From Octopus vulgaris (Eukaryota), in assembly GCA_951406725.2 (NCBI GenBank), contig OX597826.1, positions 54,560,001 to 54,624,000 on the forward strand: a stretch of DNA of 64,000 nt, in the 5' to 3' direction. Position numbers and translations under genes: made by a program. Positions within the stretch are counted from its first letter, which is position 1. Each line of letters starts with the position of its first letter. A model generated the notes under the pieces. It had not been told where the DNA came from. It saw only the letters and a program-made list of their open reading frames with translations, and made no database searches. Shown here piece by piece: positions 55,112 to 64,000 of the stretch.

Positions 55112-55518
55112 ATGAGCTTGTGTGTGTGTATGTGTGTGTGTGTGTGTTTGTGTGTGTTCGAGCATGTGAAATTATTACTGGAATTCGCAAAATAAAATAA
55201 AAGGACATCTGCACTCTAAGGAAAGGGAGAAAGAGAGATGAGACACTGCATGACAAATGTATCAAGACGGCCATCTTTAAATATATATATATATATATAT
55301 ATATAAAAACAAAATCTCCGTATTATAGGGATAAAAAAATATGTTAAAAGAACGGAACTGAGCGAAATCATATTTTGCAGCGGATATCAGATAGATTGTT
55401 CCTTTGTTTATCGAAGATTCGAACTGTTCATTCCATTTACTTCGTGTCTTAAAAAATACATACATAGATACATACATACATATATCTATATATATATGTA
55501 TATATCTATATATATATG

Positions 55519-55553
<35 letters not shown>

Positions 55554-55564
55554 ATATGTATATA

Positions 55565-55616
<52 letters not shown>

Positions 55617-55643
55617 CATATGTATGCATGTATACATGTATAC

Positions 55644-55675
<32 letters not shown>

Positions 55676-55707
55676 GTATGCAGATGTATGCATGTATACA
55701 TGTATAC

Positions 55708-55767
<60 letters not shown>

Positions 55768-56314
55768 TATATATGTATATGTATATAGTGTTTGTGCGTG
55801 TGTTTCTACATGTGCATGAGGGAAGGCATAAGTATCAATGTATAGGTGGATTCTGTGACATGTTGAACTTCTTGAATATTTTATACGTTTTCAGACTACC
55901 TTTGATACTTCTTAGATGTAATCATCTGAAGAGGATGTGTGTTATGTATAAATGTACATATGTATGCGTATATATATATGTGTGTGTGTGTATATGTATA
56001 TGTATATATGCATATATATATATGTATGTTTTGATGCATGCATTCATACATGCATTCTTACACACGTGCATACATACAAATTAGTCTTTCATATACAGCT
56101 CTTATAATGCAGCGTTTGTGTTTCCTTAACTGAAATGTCAAAGGATTCACTACCAGGACAAATGGCATTACAGATAAGCTCTCACAGCTCTTACCCAGAA
56201 CTATTCCTGTTGGTAGCCCCCTGGTGAAATCGTTACGACTGTCAACTCGTATTTGCCATTCTTGACGAGTTTAAAAAACTGCTTTCACGTGCATGCCTGC
56301 TGGTATCTGTAATA

Positions 56315-56536
56315 CAAGGAGGTGCTGAGTACTATTTGGCTTTAAGGGTGTCGCGAAAGGCCTTGTTGGAGGGCCAACCTTCCGAGTACTTTTACAGAGT
56401 TTAGTAAATTTGAAGGAGAAAACTACAATAAGTGTGTGAATCTGAGAGAGGAATATGTTGACTAAAATCTCAATTAAGGGGTCCTCCTGTATTTTCTTTT
56501 ACATAAAGCCTGGACCTTTTCAGTCACACCCTCTCG
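56315..56536 (+). mobile_element. mariner-derived MITE (degenerate)
   Basis: TA|caaggaggtgctga...ggcttt / aaagcc...tcag...cctctcg ends; internal KCVNLREEYVD* is a mariner C-terminus. Confidence 0.65.
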
Positions 56537-56623
56537 TTCTATCGGCGTAGGGAATTCTCTTTAACCTGGTGGTTTAGATCTTTGTCCAGTTCACTAAAAA
56601 GGTTTTACTAAAAAGTTTGCATA

Positions 56624-57052
56624 GGCGTAGGAGTGGCTGTGTGGTAAGTAGCTTGCTTACCAATCACATGGTTCCGGATTCAGTCCCACTGCACGGCACC
56701 TTGGGCAAGTGTCTTCTACTATAGCCTCGTGCCGACCAAAGCATTATGAGTGAATTTGGTTGACGGAAACTGAAAGAAGCCCGTCGCATATACATGAATA
56801 TATGTGTGTGTGTGTATGTGTGTGTATGTGCGTGTGTTTGTGTGTGTGTGTATGTGTTTGTTCCCCCAACATCGCTTGACAGCCGATGTTGGTGTGTTTA
56901 CGTCCCCGTAACTTAGCGGTTCGGCAAAAGTGACCGATAGAATAAGTACTGGGCTTACAAAAGAATAAGTACTGGGGTTGATTTGCTCGACTAAAGGCGG
57001 TGCTCCAGCATGGCCACAGTCAAATGACTGTAACAAGTAAAAGTGTAAAAGA
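56624..57052 (+). mobile_element. SINE family A, full length
   Basis: Full family A motifs. Confidence 0.88.
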
Positions 57053-57073
57053 ATATTGTCTTACTTGTATTTA

Positions 57074-57238
57074 GGCGCAGGCTTGGCTTTGTGGTAAGAA
57101 GCTTGCCTCCCAATCCCATGGTTTTTATGGCCTTTGGATCCAATCCAAGTGACTTCATGGTAGGCCTTATGCCGTCCTTAAACCTCCTATTAGGTTTACA
57201 CCGATTGCGTTTCCCCTCTGTAAGCTCGCCACAAAACA
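57074..57238. mobile_element. Family A SINE head (+) fused to an inverted RTE fragment (-, 57118-57238)
   Basis: The RTE piece is the reverse complement of 57710-57830 (7 differences). Confidence 0.8.
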
Positions 57239-57681
57239 CTTGTACGGGCAAGATTTGTATGGGCAGACGATTTTACATGGATGCAGCATCTAATATTTCA
57301 TTAATTTAATTACTGAAAATTGTTTAAACTTTAACCATAATGCTTCTCCTTATATTTCGCAGAGGAATTAGAGCGATTGACCTTTTGTTGGAATATACAC
57401 TTCAGCACTACACAAATTTTGTTGTATGGAGCAGACTGCAACCTCGTAAATAACAGCATCGGCGATACGGTTCCGATTTAAAAGACAAGACTATTTATCT
57501 GTGCAACAGATATTTAACGCTGTTTATTTTGTTCGATGTATTGTAATTATATTGTCAAGTCTAGAGTACAGCTGTATATTAATATATAATTATTTCTATG
57601 AAATATAATGAGAATTGATAGAAAAAGGCGTAGCTTCCATTTGATGTCAGGAGAACCAATGTCAGGAGAACCAATGATTAA

Positions 57682-58330
57682 ATGGCGGATGAACGCTCAC
57701 CCAAACAACTGTTTTATGGCGAGCTTGCAGAGGGCAAAAGCAATCGGTGTAAACCTAATAAGAGGTTTAAGGACGGCATAAGGCCTACCATGAAGTCACT
57801 TGGAATGGATTCAAAGGCCATAAAAACCATTGCTTCGGATCGAATTGGTTGGCGAACAAAAGTGTGGAGCGTAATGAAAGATTTTGAGGAGATCAGGAGG
57901 ACACAAGCATAACTGAAGAGAGATTTAAAGAAGAATGTTGTAATCGAGAAGATGAATCTCAGTAACCTTTTTATATGTTCAGTTTGTGACAGACCACGTC
58001 TTTCTTTTGCTGGGTTCCAATCTCATTTGTGGACCCATAAAAAACGATCCTCCACCAATTACTATACCTATATATCTGTGCACACCTTTCAATGCCATGT
58101 ATGCTATAAGGTCTTCAAACCTAACGGAGGCCTCAAAAGACATCTTAAGTGCCACGAAGATCGGAACTTAACTGCAGATCTTGGTAGTCAAAATCAGGTA
58201 TGCAATCCATGTGGGTGTATTTTCAATACGATGTCTTGTTTAAAAAGCCAGATCAAACGCCATGATGGATTTAAGGTGTGAGTACAAGTGGTGGTTAGAC
58301 TCTGCATAAGGATTAGACAACCGCAACCGT
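57682..58330 (+). mobile_element. 5'-truncated RTE (BovB-like) LINE 3' end with three C2H2-type fingers and a (CATA)n tail
   Basis: RSPKQLFYGEL.EGK....KP.KRFKD...ASDRIGWR is a typical RTE ORF end. ORFs 57682-57912 and 57952-58281 are in one frame with a single stop between them. Confidence 0.85.
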
Positions 58331-58620
58331 ATACATACATACATACATACATACATACATACATACATACATACATACATACATACATACATACACACAC
58401 TTATATTTATATTTATATATATGTGCGTGTGTGTATGTATGTTTGTGTGGTTGTCCCCACCAACGCTTAACAACCAGTGTTGGTGCATCTACGTCACCAT
58501 AACTTAACGGCTCTGCAGCAAATAACGAAAGAATAAGAATCAAGCTTAATAAAATAAGAAGTACAGGGGTAGGGGTAGATTCCATCGAATAAAATTCTTC
58601 TGCGGCCATATATTTGCATA

Positions 58621-59015
58621 GGCGCAGGAGTGGCTGTGTGGTAAGTAGCTTGCTAACCAACCACATAGTTCCGGGTTCAGTCCTTCTGCGTGGCATCTTG
58701 AGCAAGTGTCTTTTGCTATAGCCACGGGTCGACCAATGCCTTGTGAGTGGATTTGGTAGACGGAAACTGAAAGAAGCCTGTCGTATATATGTATATATAT
58801 ATGTGTTTGTGTGTCTGTGTTTGTCCCCCTAGCATTGCTTGACAACCCATGCTGGTGTGTTTATGTCCCCGTCACTTAGCGGTTCGGCAAAAGAGACCGA
58901 TAGAATAAGTACTGGGCTTACAAAGAATAAGTCCTAGGGTCGAGTTGCTCGACTAAAGGCGGTGCTCCAGCATGGCCGCAGTCAAATGACTGAAACAAAT
59001 GAAAGAAAAAAGAGA
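58621..59015 (+). mobile_element. SINE family A, full length (degenerate 3' piece upstream at 58420-58610)
   Basis: Full family A motifs. Confidence 0.88.
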
Positions 59016-59084
59016 AAATATTTAGACATGCTCATATATAATTATATGATAAAATTCTGGAAAGTTCATTATTTGCATTATATA

Positions 59085-60142
<1,058 letters not shown>

Positions 60143-60410
60143 CATATATGTATATATATTTATATATATATGTATGTATATTTATTTCAAAGGATGTATA
60201 CATGCCCTAGCAAGGGGTCAGATTTTGGGCTGAAACACAAAGAAATAAAAGAAATATGTGTATATTTTATTCATATATATGTGTGTGTGCATGTGTATAT
60301 ATAAATATGTGTGTGCACATATAAATTTCTTCACACACACATCTCATTTCGAATGCAAATCTAGCTATAGACAGACTTATAAGAGATAGGCACTTGAATA
60401 AATGTGAGAC

Positions 60411-60473
<63 letters not shown>

Positions 60474-60538
60474 GTATTTATGTATGTATGTATGTATCTC
60501 TCTGTATGTCTGTTTATCTCTGTATTTGTATGACTACA

Positions 60539-60582
<44 letters not shown>

Positions 60583-61239
60583 AATCTATCTCTTTCGCTC
60601 TCTCTCTCTATATATATATCTGTATACGCATACACTCACAGGCACACATACATATGTTTCTATGTATGCATATACATGCATATTTTATGCATATTTTATG
60701 TGTGTTTATTCGTAAGCATATTTATTCCTATTACTTAGAAATGTTATATAAAGGGCATTTGCACTCCATCATAAAGAAAAAAAGGTTAACACTATACACA
60801 CATGAAGGTAACACGAGACATAGCTTTGGAAATTACTTCCTATTATACTGTGCATCATTATAAAAAATTAAACCGGAAGTGTGAGAAATACATCGAATCT
60901 AATATAACCCAACTTCTTTTGTAATGGAAGTTTCGAATTGTTCTGTTGAATCGAATAAGATCGTGTAAGAGAGACACGAATGTATGGATGGATGTAGGCA
61001 CGAGTGTAAGAATGTGTGGATGGCTAGACGGATTACTACATATGCACTTGTTAGTTGTAAAATTGTATATGTGGTAGTATAGTAGTTATATATGTGTGTG
61101 TGTGTGTAAGTATATATATATATATACGTGTGTGCAAACACACACACACGTATATATAGTTAATGTGGGCAGCTGTGTGCAATATAAACCCCATAGGTAA
61201 AATTTAATCATCACTACACATACATATATACCTGTTCGT

Positions 61240-61517
61240 CTACCTACCTACCTACCTACCTACCTACCTACCTACCAACATACCTACATACCTACCTACC
61301 TACCTACCTACCTACCTACCTACATACATACATACATACATACCTACCTACCTATCTACCTACTTACTTACCTACCTACCAACCTACCTACCTACCTGCC
61401 TACCTACCTACCTTCTTACCTACCTACCTACCTACCTACCTACCTACCTACCTACCTACCTACATACATACATACATACATACCTACCTACCTACCTACC
61501 TACCTACCTACCTACAT
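61240..61517. repeat. (CCTA/CATA)n array
   Basis: Seen directly. Confidence 0.95.
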
Positions 61518-61963
61518 AAATATGTATATATATATATATATTTCAATGGGGAGCTAATAATTCAAGAGAAAAATAATTCTCAAGAAAATATATGTGAAGA
61601 TATCATTGACCATATTATTATATAGTGTAACAATTTTAAAATACACACACACTTGAATATATGAGGTTTTAAAATTCAAGTCATGCGATTATGAGTCATT
61701 GTCTGAAGAACTCCGGGTGGCTGATTATAGACATGTTTTTGCACAAGTATGCAATCGTAACTTTTCTCCTGGAATGAAAGAATGTTTAACATAGGATTAA
61801 AAATATACCAAATTTTCCAGTTTTTTCTTTTGATATACATACATTTACATTCGCACATATGGATATATACATACAAACATATATCTATATATATGTATGT
61901 ATATATGCGCGCGTTTGTGTACATAAATGGTATATTTTAATGAATATTCTATATTAAAGTACC

Positions 61964-62193
61964 TATTTCTTTATTACCCACAAGGGGCTAAACACAGAGC
62001 GGACAAACAAGGACAGACATAGGTATTAAGTCGATTACATCGACCCCAGTGCGTGACTGGTACATAATTTATCGACCCCGAAAGGATGAAAGGCAAAGTC
62101 GACCTCGGCGGAATTTGAACTCACAACGTAACGCAGACGAAATACCGCTAAGCATTTCGCCCGGCGCGCTAACGTTTCTGCCAGCTCGCCGCC
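61964..62193 (-). mobile_element. SINE family B, full length, 9-bp TSD
   Basis: taaagtacc at 61955-61963 and 62194-62202. Confidence 0.9.
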
Positions 62194-62288
62194 TAAAGTA
62201 CCGCTTAGCCTTAACGATACTAATAACCTGTTGTTAGATCTCAATAGACATACTTTTCAGTAATGTATCAGCTCAGTGTATGTGACAA

Positions 62289-62368
62289 GGTTCTGTGGAA
62301 GCTATAAGATGTTACACCGGCATTCAACGCAGGATGTATATTTACTTCAGCAGAAACAACTGTAGGCC
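62289..62368 (+). ncRNA. Decayed hammerhead with long stem II
   Basis: ggtt CTGTGGA a gct...agc a GAAA CAACTG TA ggcc; same stem II base as 39949-40039. Confidence 0.5.
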
Positions 62369-62533
62369 AGTGATCGACTTTACGTAACCACTGTTCTTTT
62401 GCCATTCTGTTATCATTTCATGTATGTATACATTTATGTATAGTTGTGTATACATGTTAATATATAGGCATATGATTACATATATATGTATATATATATA
62501 TATTTCTATCTCTCTATATACATACATGAATAC

Positions 62534-62583
<50 letters not shown>

Positions 62584-62600
62584 CTGCCTATATTTCTATG

Positions 62601-62702
<102 letters not shown>

Positions 62703-63076
62703 GATCTCGTATTAACCTTTTATAAGGAGAACTAAACAAAGGTTGGCTTTTAAAAACCATGACTGAACGCTGACATTGTCTGTTATGGTTGCCTTCAGGA
62801 CTTTCGGTATATTTGCTTTCCAAAGTGCCGCAGGCAAAGCAACAAAACATTCGTAAACTCTACTAGGATCCTGTTACCAACCAACGACCTGCGTAATTTC
62901 GAGAGAGAAAGATTGCTTGCTGTAGATCCGTTTATCAAATCGTGGGTGTAGTGAATATAATTGATGTGGAGGTGTTAGCTTAAAAGGTGGATTAGCTGGG
63001 TCAGGTTGATCTCCTGGATACGCAAGCATGAAGATTTATACAAACATTTCATTCCAGCGATAACATAGATTACCGT

Positions 63077-63123
<47 letters not shown>

Positions 63124-63293
63124 ACACACACACACGTAGATGCGTACACACTAGTTTGTATGTATGTATGCATTAATGCATAAGCACATGTATACATGTA
63201 TCTGAATAAGTTTGTGTCCATAAATTCGTGTATATAATACGTCTGTATATATATGTATATATATATTGAATATTATATATGCGCATATATGTT

Positions 63294-63339
<46 letters not shown>

Positions 63340-63729
63340 GTTTATATTTATAAATATATACATTTATATATATATACATATATATATGTATATACATACA
63401 TATATGTACATCTACATGTATATATATGTAAGTATATACCTGTATATATATATATATATATAAAGTGTATGTGTGTATGTGTATCTATGTATATGCATGT
63501 ATATGCAAATGTATAGATGTATAATATGCATGTGTGTGTGTGTGAAACCACTGTTGGTGCTTTGGGAAAAGCAACGAAGATTAGAGAGTGGGGGTTGGGC
63601 GTGTTGTTACGACTTGCGAGATGACATATCCCATTTATTCGGGAATTCCTGAAGCTCTTGGATAAGGTTAATTCACCTACATCGCACTGTGTTATTAAGA
63701 TAATTAAGTAGCCATTAGAGTATGGTTCA

Positions 63730-63864
<135 letters not shown>

Positions 63865-63903
63865 TTATATGTATGTATGTATATATATATAATATATATA
63901 TGA

Positions 63904-63953
<50 letters not shown>

Positions 63954-64000
63954 ATATACATACATATATATATTATATGCATATACATATAAATATATCT

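Noticed and set aside
57952-58281. Host C2H2 zinc-finger gene
   Set aside because: In frame with an RTE C-terminus, followed by a LINE-type tail, and lacks TGEKP linkers.

Overview
Eukaryotic, AT-rich, non-genic (intergenic or deep intronic) DNA with very dense microsatellites: (TA)n, (CA)n, (GA)n, (AAT)n, (GAT)n, (CTT)n, (TATC)n, (TATG)n, (CCTA)n and a ~750 bp CTG/CCG tract. The microsatellite load and SINE families suggest an Octopus (coleoid cephalopod) genome; this is recognition from memory, not a database result. No intact host protein-coding gene is supported, and nearly all ORFs in the track are translated microsatellites. Identifiable content: >25 copies or fragments of about four tRNA-derived SINE families, several with TSDs or nested; decayed DD34E Tc1 and DD37D maT transposases; mariner- and pogo-type MITEs; a hAT remnant; a non-autonomous Helitron; RTE LINE pieces, one with three C2H2 fingers; REL-endonuclease (R4/Dong-like) 3' ends; and a 7 x 176-177 bp satellite inside a long-TIR element. 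The most striking hidden layer is RNA structure. About a dozen intact or decayed minimal hammerhead ribozymes (HHR) of the type carried by Penelope-like elements (PLE) occur, several in outward-facing inverted-repeat elements with one ribozyme per strand. One (25135-25197, minus) has all core motifs and three helices in a non-circularly permuted order.
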